The notes under the pieces: model-generated
Databases searched by the model: none
Told to the model about the DNA's origin: nothing
What the model saw: the letters and a program-made list of their open reading frames with translations, nothing else
Source: Patescibacteria group bacterium
GTDB taxonomy: Bacteria; Patescibacteriota; Patescibacteriia; SG8-24; DYFX01
DNA length: 64,000 bases
Assembly: GCA_030583805.1 (NCBI GenBank)
Contig: CP129476.1
Span: 373,453-437,452 of the forward strand
Reading direction: 5' to 3'
Program-made: the position numbers and the translations under genes
Part shown: positions 37,559 to 47,636 of the stretch, in pieces
Layout: each line of letters begins with the position of its first letter
Numbering within the stretch: the stretch's first letter is position 1

Positions 37559-40500
37559 TCATGGGGTCGGTTTCGGTTCAATATTCGCGCCGCGCAGCTG
37601 AATATCCTTGGCGATGAAGGCAGGATCCTTCGACCGGCTGAAATCGAACGTCTCCGTCCTCGCGCCCTGATGCGCGGCGTGCTCCGCCGTCACGAAATAC
37701 CGGTTCTGACCGACCAGGAAGGCGTACCGGCCGGCGCGATCAGTTACCTGCGCCTCAAGCACCTTGTTATACGCGTCCTCGACGACGCGCACGACGGCGC
37801 GCTGCACGGGCGCTCCGAGCGCGTCGCGCACGACGCCCCAGCTCTTCGGCTTCCGCTTTTTCGCAATCCTCGAAAAGATGAGCGTGAGTCCGATTTGAAC
37901 CGTGAGCGCGGCGACCTGTTCCCAGCGCGGCGTGACGACATAGCTTGCGACCGCGAAGCCCGGGCCGAAGGCCGTGAAGGCCCACTGCAGCTTGTAGCGC
38001 GCCGCCGACGCGATGACCTTGGCATTGGGACGGTTTTCTTCTTTCGGTTCGAGCGGGATGTTTTTGGCTACGACGCCCTCCGCAGCCACAACCTCGCCGC
38101 CGACATGCAGATCCGCATAAGGACCGTCGGCGACGCCGGAAATCGTGCGGACCGGAGGGAACTCGAATCCCTGCTTCTGCACTTCAAGCCGATAGGTGCC
38201 AGGGACGGTGAGGAACATGTACCTGCCGAGATGGTCGGTGACGCGCGTCGCAATCGCTTTTTGTCCGGTCGCATCAAGAAGGCGGACGATCGCAAGATCG
38301 ACCGGCAGTTTGGTTCCGACGTTATACACCGTGCCGTACGCCTTCCTCCGGCGACGATCGAGCAGGGCGAGCGGTTGCGTCACGAGAAACATGGCGTAGC
38401 TCGCGAAACCGGTGAGGCCGACGGCTGAGGTCGTCGCCACGGCCGCCGCGCCCGTCACGGCCGGCGTGAGCACGACCGTGTTGGTCGTCTGCACGGTTTC
38501 GTTCGTGCGCAACGCTTTGACCGCCTCGCGCGACGCCTGCACAGCTTCGCGCACGACCGGGATGCGATCCGTCGCCCGAGCGAGCACATCAAGCAACGGC
38601 GTCTCATCAAGATGCCCCTCATCCCGCACAAGCCACTCGAGTGCGGGCAACGACGGCTCCGACTCCGTCGGCGCAGGAAGCGTCGTTTCGCCTTGCGGTT
38701 CTGCAGGAGCGCCGGTTTCACCGGCAGTCGTATCAACAACGCTTCCGCTTCCAGTCGAAGGCGGCGCTTCGCCGTCCGAGGGCGCGCTCGGCCGCGTCGG
38801 AAGCGGACGCGGGCGCGTTTCGGCTGGAGGTTCCGAAACCGTTTCCGTCGTCTCCTCCACAGGCGTCGGTCGCGGTTCCTCCGGCTCTGTCGGCGGCGCT
38901 TCAGCTTCCGGCGGCGTTTCGATCGGTTCTTCGACAGGTGGGGTCGGTTCTTCCGAAACCTCGCTTGGCGGCTCAGGTGGCGTTTCAGGCGGGAGAGGCG
39001 TTCCGACGATGGTGAACGGATCGTTGCTGGTATCAGAAACCAGGACCGAACCTCCCGCACCGAGTCCTTCGGCTTTCAAAAACGCATTCGTTGAAGAAGT
39101 GTCTGGTACAGCCCACGCATAGTAACCGCTCGATGAATTGCCCGAGGACGTAATGATCGCGTATGTAGAACCGCCGTCCAACGAATATGACAGGCGAATG
39201 CTGCTGATCTGCGTGCCCTGCGACGTCCAAAATACGTTGTAGCTTGAGCCTCCCTGAATAGTTTCTCCGCCGTTCGGTTGTCCAACCATGATTGCGGGAG
39301 ACGGGTTCGCTCCGGAGCCGCCGCTTGCAACCGCCTCAGCGATGGAAAAGTCCGCATTCGAAACATCGCTCGACAGAACGTTGTTGCCGCTATCCATCGC
39401 CTCGATTTTGATGCGTGCGGCTGACGTCGTCACGTTGTTGACCGTCCAGGCATACGGGCTGCCGGACACGCTGTTGGCCACAACCGTCGGGAATGTGGAA
39501 CCGGAATCCGTCGAAAGCGAGATACGGTAGTGATCGGCCGTCCCGACCGTCGTGAACAGGATGGAAGAGGACGCTCCGCCCGTGAGATTTTCGCCTCCGT
39601 TCGGCGACGTGATCGTCGCCGTCGGCGGATTGTTGTATCCGAAGACCGTTCCCGCGCTGCCAGCTACGGCCGCGCCCGTTCCTCCCTTTGCGCCGCCTGT
39701 CGAGGTTGAAGTGCCGGAACCCGTGAGCGTGATGAAGTAACCCGCGACGCGACCGCCGCCACCACCGCCGCCGCCATTGGCCGTCGTGCCGGCGCCATTG
39801 CCGCCGTTGGCCGTAACGTTCGCGTTCAGGACCGCGTGCGCGACGTTGTACCAGATCGAGCCTCCTGAGCCGCCGCCGCCCAGATCCGTCGTACCCAAAC
39901 CGTTCGCGCCGTTCGCGGAAAGCGTACCGTTCAGCGTGAGCGTGTCGCTCAAAACAATTTTTATCGCACCGCCTCCAGGACCGCCTTCAGCGACCGTCGT
40001 GCTTGTCGTGTCGGTTCCTCCGGCAGAACCGATATCGACCGGTTCCGTGCTGCTGCCGTAGGTGGCGCTGCCGCCGGCTGCGCCGGAAGACGATGCGCCG
40101 CCCGCGCCGGCATGACCGCCGCCGCCTCCCGCCGTCGCGTTATCCGTTCCCTGGGCATACCCTTCGCTGCTGGCAAAACCTTTGCCCGCAACGCTGACGG
40201 ATCCCCCAGCTTGAATATCGAGGCTGGACGCCGAAATGTTCAGGGAGTTGTGGTGCGCGGACGTGTTCGTCGCGCTCGTCATGAGACCGCCCGATCGCAC
40301 CGTGATCGTGCCAGAAACCGTCAAGCTCGTCGTTGAAGAAGAACTGACGTACGAACCTCCGGAATCGACCGTGAGCGCGGCAAGACCGGCCGTGAAGTTC
40401 GTGTTGCTCGAGGTGAACGTCGCGTTCTTGATCGTCAAATCGGTCGTGACGGCGAAGGCGCCGGTATGCAACACGTTCAGGCCGTCAACCGTCATGGTGG

Positions 40501-43500
40501 AGCGCCCGTTAAACGTGCCGCCGCTTTGAATCGTAAGCGAAGGCATGACGGAACCGCCGCCCAAGACGGAGCTGCCGGAAGCGAGCGTCAGTGTCGCGCC
40601 AGATGGAACGACATAGTAGGCTCCGTTCTTCACTGTAATCGCATCAAACGACAAGCTCGTCGCCGCAACCTGCGTCGTATTGGCGGAAGCCGTTTGACTG
40701 CCGTTGTCGACGACCAAACTGCCGTTCGTCTGCGCCGCAGACTTGGAATAGATCGTGCCCGCGCCGCCGACGACGCCCGAACTGTTCTTGGCGCCGCCTT
40801 GCGCTTGTTTCGTGAACGTTGAAGAGTCCGTCGTGTAGTACAACGCGATGCGTCCTCCGCCACCGCCGCCGCAGGTGCAGTTCGTGGCGCTGTTGCCGCC
40901 GTTAGCCGTCACGGTACCACTGCCGCTTAGCACGTTCGCTTCAAGCCAGATGGATCCTCCGGCTGCGCCGCCAGTACTCGTGGCCTGTGAACCGCCGTTA
41001 GCGCTGATCGCACCGGAATGAGCAAGCGTCCCTGCCGTGACGATCTTCGTGGCGCCGCCACCGCTCGCTGCCGATCCGTTCGCGCCAGAACCGAGATCTG
41101 TCGGTTGCGTGACAGAGCCATAGGTCGAACCCGGCGTGCCGCTGAACCCCGCTCCGCCGTTTCCACCGTAGCCGGCGCCCGTCGTGCTGCTGCCCGCCGC
41201 TCCGCTGCCGCTGCTCGACCCGTAACCTTTTTTACTCACGTCGACTGAAGCGCCCGAAGCGACCGTCACGGTACTTGTCGCCGAAATGTCGACGATATAC
41301 GAACGTGTCGCACCACTGTTCGTCGCATGCGTGATGAGCGCACCGGAATTCGCCGTCAACGTGTTTATGTAGAAAATACCAAGACCCCGCTGTTCATAGA
41401 TGCCTCCGCTATTGAACGTCATATCCTGCACGCGTCCGGCCGTGCCGCTCGAAAAGACGGCGCCTTCCGGATACGGAGCGTACGTCGCATTGGTGAACGA
41501 CGCCGTCGTGAGCGTGCGCACGTCGCCGTAATGCACGAGATTCAGCGCGCTGAACGTAAAGCTCGAGCTTTGAAAAACGAAGAGGCCGTCGACCGTGAGC
41601 GTGCCTGCCACCGTACCGCCTCCGCCGGAAATCGAACCGGTTGAAGTCGCATAGGACAAATTCATGCCCGCGCTCACGCGGTAATTTGCGCCGCCTTTGA
41701 TTGAAATCGAATCGTAAACTTGCGGCCACGCTGCCGATTGGCTGCTTGAAGCTCCAACCACGTTATTGTTGTCGAGCGTCAAATCACCGAACGTTTGCGC
41801 GTCGGACTTCATGTAGATCGTGCCAGCGCCGCCCTTTTCATACCCGCGCACATTGCTGCCGCGCGCCTGCAAGGAGAACGTCGGCGCCGTGCCCGCGTAG
41901 TACACGGCAATCATGCCGCCGCCGCCCGAACCTGCGTTCGTGCTGCTGGGCGCTCCTCCGCTCGCAACGACGGTGCCGGTACCATTGACCGTGCTGCCGA
42001 CGCCGTTGATCCAAATGGCGCCGCCTGCGCCGCCTGCGCCGTCCGTCCCGGTCGTCGGCACGTCGCGCCCGTTCGCGCTGACCGTGCCATCAATCGTGAT
42101 CGTGCCGCCCGCGTTCACCGACAACTTGATCGCGCCGCCGCCGTGCCCCGTCGGGTCGGCGCTCGTGCCCGTGACGTCGCCGCCACCGGAACCAAGCTCT
42201 ACAGGACGCGTGACGGAATCGTACGCGACGCCGCCGGCGCCGCCGGAGACCGAAGGGTTACCCGCACCGCCGTCGCCGCCATGTGCGCCTCCACCGCCGA
42301 CGTTTGCGTCAGTTCCCTTACCCGGCCCCTGCTCCGCCTGGAAGCCGCGATCGTTGGCGGTAATAGTGCCTCCCGTATTCACGACAATCGACGTCGTGGC
42401 ACTTACGTCAAAATGATGCAACTTGCCGGTCGCCGTCGTTGCCGTCGTGTTCGTGGCATGCGTAACGGTGCCTCCGCTATTGACGGTAAGCGTATTCACA
42501 TGAAAAAGCGGCAGGCCTTCCGTAATCAAGTATCCGCCTGAGCCGACAATCACGTCATCGGCGCGATTTCCGGCGCCTGCGGTAAACAACGCCGTCGCGG
42601 TATTGAGCGTGTACACGCCGTTTACGATCGTCGGATCGACAGCAACCCCTACAGCTCCGTTGTGCGTCACGTTGATGCCGTTGAACGTCGTGGCGGCTGC
42701 CGGCGCCCCGAACGTCCCGTTGATCACAAGAACCGGCTGCGCGGTACCGCCGCCCGTAAACGCTCCGCCGCCGGCGACGTTCAGCGTATAGCCGGTCGGA
42801 ATGAGGTATTCAGCACCTCTTCGAATCGTGATGTTGTCGTACGTCTGGCTCGCCGTCGTCACCTGCTGCGTGTAAGCGACGTTGGTCGAAGTATTGTTGT
42901 TGTCTACGATCAAATCGCCGTTCGGCGCCGCCGCCTGCTTGCGATAAATCGTTCCTGAGCCGCCGTTCTCGGCCGTCGTGGCGTTCGTGCCGCCGTACGC
43001 CTGAACCGTGCCCGTCGACGAATCCGTCGTGTAGTACAGCGCGATGCGCCCGCCGGCGCCCGAACCGGACGCGGTACTGTTGCTGTTGCCGCCGTTCGCG
43101 GAAATCGTTCCACCACCCGTAATCGTCGCTGCGTCGATCCAAATCGAACCGCCTGCAGCACCGCCGCCGGAAGCTGAGGAACTCGTGTTGCCGTTTGCCG
43201 AAAGCATGCCGGCTACAATCACCGTGCCTCCGCTTGCCACCAGCTTGATCGCGCCGCCGCCTGTCGTGCCGCCCAAACCGCCGACGCAGTTACCGCCGCC
43301 GGAACCGAGAGTATCCGGCACCGTCACAGAACCGTACGCCGTGCCGCCCAAGAATGCGCCCGTGGAGTTGTTGCCGCCATTACCGCCATGCGCACCGCCG
43401 GCGCAGGACGCGCCGGGGCCCGTGCCCGTGCCAGTTGTATACCCCTGGCCGTTTGCCGTCAGAATACCGTCAATGCGGATGTTGTCAGAGTTGATGATGA

Positions 43501-43876
43501 CGCCACTACCCCCACTGCTTTGCGCCGTCACGGTCACGCCGGGGTTGATTGTGAGCGTGCCGCTGAAGTTGTACGTACCGGCGGCGAACTCGCAACTGAC
43601 CGTCAACACGACATCAGTACCGCTGGATGTGCAAGCGGCCGCGAGCGCCCGGTGCGGCGCCGCACCGATGATGACGACAACCGCGAGTAGTCCGACGATG
43701 AGCGGCCGCGCTTCAAGACCCAGAACCTTTCTTTTGGCAAAAGAAAACCATCGCCGTGCGAGGCGCTTGACGAGCCGGATTCTGTTGGCAATAAAAAGTG
43801 TGGACGGTGCGTGCGCCATTTCAATCAGTGTACCAACAAAAAACCCGCTTTTCAAAGCGAGTTTTCCACCGGTCAA
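37559..43876 (-). CDS. giant (2105 aa) secreted/surface repeat protein: 4 x ~250-aa Gly/Thr-rich beta-helix-like triplet repeats, two Ig-like domains, Pro/Glu/Thr linker, C-terminal TM + carboxypeptidase-regulatory-like domains
   Basis: N-terminal signal/TM; recurring GGAIKL / GGSIWI / GGRIALYYTTDSS units; PxxP-rich linker; C-terminal hydrophobic helices; 4-nt start overlap with frr. Confidence 0.7.
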   Translation of the reverse strand: MTGGKLALKSGFFVGTLIEMAHAPSTLFIANRIRLVKRLARRWFSFAKRKVLGLEARPLIVGLLAVVVIIGAAPHRALAAACTSSGTDVVLTVSCEFAAGTYNFSGTLTINPGVTVTAQSSGGSGVIINSDNIRIDGILTANGQGYTTGTGTGPGASCAGGAHGGNGGNNSTGAFLGGTAYGSVTVPDTLGSGGGNCVGGLGGTTGGGAIKLVASGGTVIVAGMLSANGNTSSSASGGGAAGGSIWIDAATITGGGTISANGGNSNSTASGSGAGGRIALYYTTDSSTGTVQAYGGTNATTAENGGSGTIYRKQAAAPNGDLIVDNNNTSTNVAYTQQVTTASQTYDNITIRRGAEYLIPTGYTLNVAGGGAFTGGGTAQPVLVINGTFGAPAAATTFNGINVTHNGAVGVAVDPTIVNGVYTLNTATALFTAGAGNRADDVIVGSGGYLITEGLPLFHVNTLTVNSGGTVTHATNTTATTATGKLHHFDVSATTSIVVNTGGTITANDRGFQAEQGPGKGTDANVGGGGAHGGDGGAGNPSVSGGAGGVAYDSVTRPVELGSGGGDVTGTSADPTGHGGGAIKLSVNAGGTITIDGTVSANGRDVPTTGTDGAGGAGGAIWINGVGSTVNGTGTVVASGGAPSSTNAGSGGGGMIAVYYAGTAPTFSLQARGSNVRGYEKGGAGTIYMKSDAQTFGDLTLDNNNVVGASSSQSAAWPQVYDSISIKGGANYRVSAGMNLSYATSTGSISGGGGTVAGTLTVDGLFVFQSSSFTFSALNLVHYGDVRTLTTASFTNATYAPYPEGAVFSSGTAGRVQDMTFNSGGIYEQRGLGIFYINTLTANSGALITHATNSGATRSYIVDISATSTVTVASGASVDVSKKGYGSSSGSGAAGSSTTGAGYGGNGGAGFSGTPGSTYGSVTQPTDLGSGANGSAASGGGATKIVTAGTLAHSGAISANGGSQATSTGGAAGGSIWLEANVLSGSGTVTANGGNSATNCTCGGGGGGRIALYYTTDSSTFTKQAQGGAKNSSGVVGGAGTIYSKSAAQTNGSLVVDNGSQTASANTTQVAATSLSFDAITVKNGAYYVVPSGATLTLASGSSVLGGGSVMPSLTIQSGGTFNGRSTMTVDGLNVLHTGAFAVTTDLTIKNATFTSSNTNFTAGLAALTVDSGGSYVSSSSTTSLTVSGTITVRSGGLMTSATNTSAHHNSLNISASSLDIQAGGSVSVAGKGFASSEGYAQGTDNATAGGGGGHAGAGGASSSGAAGGSATYGSSTEPVDIGSAGGTDTTSTTVAEGGPGGGAIKIVLSDTLTLNGTLSANGANGLGTTDLGGGGSGGSIWYNVAHAVLNANVTANGGNGAGTTANGGGGGGGGRVAGYFITLTGSGTSTSTGGAKGGTGAAVAGSAGTVFGYNNPPTATITSPNGGENLTGGASSSILFTTVGTADHYRISLSTDSGSTFPTVVANSVSGSPYAWTVNNVTTSAARIKIEAMDSGNNVLSSDVSNADFSIAEAVASGGSGANPSPAIMVGQPNGGETIQGGSSYNVFWTSQGTQISSIRLSYSLDGGSTYAIITSSGNSSSGYYAWAVPDTSSTNAFLKAEGLGAGGSVLVSDTSNDPFTIVGTPLPPETPPEPPSEVSEEPTPPVEEPIETPPEAEAPPTEPEEPRPTPVEETTETVSEPPAETRPRPLPTRPSAPSDGEAPPSTGSGSVVDTTAGETGAPAEPQGETTLPAPTESEPSLPALEWLVRDEGHLDETPLLDVLARATDRIPVVREAVQASREAVKALRTNETVQTTNTVVLTPAVTGAAAVATTSAVGLTGFASYAMFLVTQPLALLDRRRRKAYGTVYNVGTKLPVDLAIVRLLDATGQKAIATRVTDHLGRYMFLTVPGTYRLEVQKQGFEFPPVRTISGVADGPYADLHVGGEVVAAEGVVAKNIPLEPKEENRPNAKVIASAARYKLQWAFTAFGPGFAVASYVVTPRWEQVAALTVQIGLTLIFSRIAKKRKPKSWGVVRDALGAPVQRAVVRVVEDAYNKVLEAQVTDRAGRYAFLVGQNRYFVTAEHAAHQGARTETFDFSRSKDPAFIAKDIQLRGANIEPKPTP

Positions 43877-44427
43877 ATCGTCATGATTTCTTGCTCCTTT
43901 TCGGCAGCCATGTCGCGCACCTTGTCGTTCCAGAGCTTCATGGCAGCCTCAAGCGTCTCTTGCAGACGGAAACGGTCGTCCTCGGAGATTTCCTTTGCCT
44001 TTTCCAAGCGCGTCAGTTCGTCCTTAACCTTCTCGCGCACGGCGCGGAGGCCGATATGCGCCTCCTCCGCCTTCCGGCCGACGATTTTCGTCAGCTCGCG
44101 GCGTCCTTCCTCGGTCAAAGGCGGCAAGGTGACGCGTACGCGGCTGCCGTCGACGACCGGATTCACTCCGATTGGCGCCTGTCGGATCGCTTTCTCGATT
44201 TCTTTGGTAAGCGCCTTGTCCCACGGTTCGATCATGATGGTCTTGGCATCGGGCACCAGCACGGAGGCGACGCCCTTGACGTTCATCATACTGCCATAGG
44301 CTTCGACCGGGATATCCTCGACCAGCGCGGCGTTGGCGCGGCCGGTACGAAGGCTGCCCAGGTCGGATTTCAAGAACTCAAGAACGTGCTCGAACTCGGG
44401 TCTGTATTCGTCAATCAAGGTTTTCAT
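43873..44427 (-). CDS. frr: ribosome recycling factor
   Basis: Full-length RRF family similarity (184 aa), conserved RTGRA motif. Confidence 0.9.
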   Translation of the reverse strand: MKTLIDEYRPEFEHVLEFLKSDLGSLRTGRANAALVEDIPVEAYGSMMNVKGVASVLVPDAKTIMIEPWDKALTKEIEKAIRQAPIGVNPVVDGSRVRVTLPPLTEEGRRELTKIVGRKAEEAHIGLRAVREKVKDELTRLEKAKEISEDDRFRLQETLEAAMKLWNDKVRDMAAEKEQEIMTI

Positions 44428-44452
44428 ACGAAGGTGTGGCGCGAACCGTTTT

Positions 44453-45523
44453 CTAGAAGCCGGAGTTTTGTTTAAACAGGGTGGTACCCATGAAGATCGT
44501 CGAATCGTTCGTAGGGTCGATCAGCAAGTTCGTCGAAGCGCGCGTGGTCGGCAGCTTGGACGTCGTCCACTTCGCGCCGCCGTCGACGGTGCGATAGAGC
44601 GTGTTCAGCGTGCCGTAGACGATGAAGTTCGAATCCTTCGGGCTCACGGCCAGGGAGTAGATCACCGTGGAACCGGAAGGCGTGAGCAGCGTGATCGGCG
44701 TCCACGTCGTTCCGCCGTCGGTCGAACGGAGCAAGCCGTAATTCGAAGCCGTAATGACGGTATTTCCGCGAGCGACGTCCTCGGCGATCAGGACGCTGTC
44801 GAGCGCGCCGGCATACTCCCCCATTCCCGGACTCAAGTCAACCCAGGTCGCGCCCCCGTCGGTCGTTTTCCAAACGCCGCGGTTGCGCGTGCCGACGTAC
44901 ATGACGCGGGAATCCGAAGCCGTCGGCAGGAGCTGTCGTACCTCGTTTTCGAAGCGATGGATCGGCGTCCACGAACCGCCCGCGTCGCCACTCTTCAGGA
45001 GGTCGCCCTGGCTCGTGGCGGCAAAGATCGACATCGGATTGAAATGATCGATCACGACGCTGTTGACGCGCGTATTTGGGCGGGAATCGAAGTAGACGTT
45101 TTCCCACGTGCGCGAGCAGTCGGTCGTGCGCATGACGCGGTTGCCGGTCGCGACGTAGACCGTGCACTTGTCGGCAGGACTCACGGCCATGGAGTTCACG
45201 CGCACCGCGCCGAGCGCGCCGGCGCCCTGCCAAGACTCGCCGCCGTCATACGAATAGAACAAGCCGCCCTCCGTGCCGGCGTACACCGCTTTCTTGTCGG
45301 CGGGGTCGAAGGCCAGCGCCGTGATGTTGGCGTTCGCGAAATTCCGCGCTTGGCCGACGGTCGCGATCGCGGATTTCGACTGCCATTTTGCGCCCCGATC
45401 GGATGAGCGGAAAACGCCGCCGTCCGTGCCGGAACCGCTGCCAGAACCCGTGATCTGAATGCATCCTGCGCCGAGCAGGACGACCGCCGAAGCGACGACA
45501 AGCAAACGAGATGAGATGCGCAT
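44453..45523 (-). CDS. BNR/Asp-box repeat beta-propeller lipoprotein (Ycf48/sialidase-like fold)
   Basis: Lipobox LLGAGC; six SxDxGxxW repeats (SDRGAKW, YDGGESW, SGDAGGSW, TTDGGATW, STDGGTTW, TVDGGAKW). Confidence 0.65.
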   Translation of the reverse strand: MRISSRLLVVASAVVLLGAGCIQITGSGSGSGTDGGVFRSSDRGAKWQSKSAIATVGQARNFANANITALAFDPADKKAVYAGTEGGLFYSYDGGESWQGAGALGAVRVNSMAVSPADKCTVYVATGNRVMRTTDCSRTWENVYFDSRPNTRVNSVVIDHFNPMSIFAATSQGDLLKSGDAGGSWTPIHRFENEVRQLLPTASDSRVMYVGTRNRGVWKTTDGGATWVDLSPGMGEYAGALDSVLIAEDVARGNTVITASNYGLLRSTDGGTTWTPITLLTPSGSTVIYSLAVSPKDSNFIVYGTLNTLYRTVDGGAKWTTSKLPTTRASTNLLIDPTNDSTIFMGTTLFKQNSGF

Positions 45524-45524
45524 A

Positions 45525-46430
45525 TCAACGATCCAATGTAAGAGCGAATTTTTCGAGTAAAAGCCTGGGTTGAACGTTCACGGCGAGCGATGACCTTAAC
45601 GCGGAGAGCTTGCGCAGATTCGCGGCGGCGCTCGGCTCCCCCGCCTTGAGTTCGCGGCGCAGGAACCCCTGCCAAACGTCCAGAACGTCGCGGAGACGTT
45701 CGATCGTCTCTTCGCGATCGGCGCGTGCCGGCGCGAGCGACGCGCATTCGAGCAGGCGGCGGTGCGGCGGTGCGGCGCGAAGCGAGCGCCATCGACGCTC
45801 CTCCGTCTCGTACCAGTTTACCATATCCCCCTGCTCCACGAACCCGATCGCGAGCCCCGGCCGCCCGTCGGCGCGCGCCGCGAGTTTCGCCGCTTCGAAC
45901 GGCGCCGTACCGCGCGCAAGAAGCGCGTCGGCGACAACCGCATCCGGCACGCGGTCGAAACGCATGAGCGCGGAACGGCTGAGAATCGTCCTCGGCAGCC
46001 GGGTGAGATCTTCGACCGTGAGCAGCACGTACGCGCGCTTCGTCGGCTCCTCCAGCGTTTTCAACAGCGCGTTGGACGCCTCTTCGCTCAAATGTTCAGC
46101 GCCGTCGATCAAGGCGACTTTGGCACCGCCCAAAAACGCGCTCATCCGCACGTGGTGCTGGAGGGAGCGCACGCTGTCGATCGGAATGACCTTCTTGAGC
46201 TTGTCCGTTTTTTCATCGCGAGGACGCTCGACCCTCCGAAAATCCGGATGCGACGACGCATCCTGCGCAGCAAGCAGCGCCGCGGCCAGCGCTTCGGCCA
46301 CGGTCGCCTTGCCGGCATGCCGCGGGCCGTGAAAAACGACCGCGTGCGGCACCGCTTCGTTCGCCAACATCGCGCGCAAGCGCCGAAGCACGCGCTCGTG
46401 CCCGATCACTTCGGAAAAAACGTCGCTCAT
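45525..46430 (-). CDS. holB: DNA polymerase III delta' subunit
   Basis: HAVVFHGPRHAGKATVAEALA (degenerate P-loop), LLKTLEEP sensor motif. Confidence 0.8.
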   Translation of the reverse strand: MSDVFSEVIGHERVLRRLRAMLANEAVPHAVVFHGPRHAGKATVAEALAAALLAAQDASSHPDFRRVERPRDEKTDKLKKVIPIDSVRSLQHHVRMSAFLGGAKVALIDGAEHLSEEASNALLKTLEEPTKRAYVLLTVEDLTRLPRTILSRSALMRFDRVPDAVVADALLARGTAPFEAAKLAARADGRPGLAIGFVEQGDMVNWYETEERRWRSLRAAPPHRRLLECASLAPARADREETIERLRDVLDVWQGFLRRELKAGEPSAAANLRKLSALRSSLAVNVQPRLLLEKFALTLDR

Positions 46431-47572
46431 AGCTGATGCTGGATGCCGAGTACCTCGAGCAACACGTTCATCGTGCGGCGCGCGGTTTCATCCCACGAGA
46501 ACCGCTTGGCGTTCTCGAAACCGAGCGCGCGGCGGCGGTCCCATTCGGACGCCTCGTCCATCAAGCTTTTCATGACGCGCGCAAAATCTTCCGGCTCGTC
46601 CGGATGCGCGTAGAGCGCAGCGTCGCCTCCCACCTCCGGCATAGAAGCCGTGCGCGCGGCGATAACGGGCGTGCCGCAGGCTTGGCCCTGGAGGATCGGC
46701 AAGCCGAATCCTTCGTACCACGAGGGCAAGAGCAGCAGCCTGGCGGCGGCCACGAGCGCGGGCATGTCGGCTTCCGGCACGTACCCAGGCAAAAGCACCG
46801 AGCCTTCAAGCTTGCGGGCGACGATTTCTTTTTTCACGCGCTCGATGCCGAACCCGGGCAAGCCGACGAGCAAGAGCTTCACCGGGTCGCCCACGCCGCG
46901 CGCGCTCTTGAAAATGGAAAACGCGTGGATCAGGTTGACGATGTTTTTCTTTTCCTCGACGCGGCCGGTGTAGATGAAGAACGGGCGCGACAGACGGTAC
47001 TTTGAAAGCACGGCGTCTTTTTCCTCGTCCGAAATATCCGGACGATACCGGTTCGTATCGACGGCCAAAGGCGTCGTCACGACGCGGTCGGCCGGCAGCT
47101 TGTAGCGCTCGATGATTTCGCGGCGCGAAAATTCGGAAACGGTCAGAATGCGGTTCGCGCGGCGCACGGCCAACTGTGCGGAATACTGGTGATACCGCAG
47201 TTCAGCCGGACGATACAGTTTCGGCATACGCTCGAAACCGATGTCATGAAGCGTCGTGACCACGCGTTTCGGCGTATACAACGGCAGCGTGTGCGTCGGC
47301 TGGAACAACAGGTCGACCGGATGACGCATAAGCTCCCACGAGAGCCGGAACTGGTTCCAAAACCGTTGGGTGCGCCAATAGAGAATCTTGCCGTCCCATC
47401 CCGGAGGAAACTGTTCAAGGCCGTCGCGCAGGAATTTTTTGGAGTACAGCAAAAACTCAAGGCCGGGCACCTGGATCTTCTTGAGCGCCTGGATAAGCTC
47501 AAAAGAATACCACTCGGTGCCGGTACGTTCGTGCGCGTTGGCGCGGGAGGCGTCGATGCCGATGAGAGCCAT
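46427..47572 (-). CDS. GT4 family glycosyltransferase (GT-B)
   Basis: EGFGLPILQGQACGTPVIA EX7E motif. Confidence 0.8.
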   Translation of the reverse strand: MALIGIDASRANAHERTGTEWYSFELIQALKKIQVPGLEFLLYSKKFLRDGLEQFPPGWDGKILYWRTQRFWNQFRLSWELMRHPVDLLFQPTHTLPLYTPKRVVTTLHDIGFERMPKLYRPAELRYHQYSAQLAVRRANRILTVSEFSRREIIERYKLPADRVVTTPLAVDTNRYRPDISDEEKDAVLSKYRLSRPFFIYTGRVEEKKNIVNLIHAFSIFKSARGVGDPVKLLLVGLPGFGIERVKKEIVARKLEGSVLLPGYVPEADMPALVAAARLLLLPSWYEGFGLPILQGQACGTPVIAARTASMPEVGGDAALYAHPDEPEDFARVMKSLMDEASEWDRRRALGFENAKRFSWDETARRTMNVLLEVLGIQHQL

Positions 47573-47578
47573 ACGGGT

Positions 47579-47607
47579 TTGACACTATCATACCGGGAGC
47601 CTACGGT
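47579..47607 (+). promoter_or_regulatory. promoter TTGACA-17-TACGGT with GGAGG RBS for lipoprotein gene
   Basis: Exact 17-nt spacer; RBS 5 nt before ATG 47637. Confidence 0.5.
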
Positions 47608-47636
47608 GAACGCACGCTTTCCCCACGGAGGTACCC

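Noticed and set aside
37559-43876. Diversity-generating retroelement targeting the giant repeat protein
   Set aside because: No reverse transcriptase ORF (no YxDD motif protein) is present in the window. The repeats are in-frame protein repeats rather than a template/variable repeat pair that I can identify; an offset near-identical DNA repeat cannot be excluded without a dot-plot.
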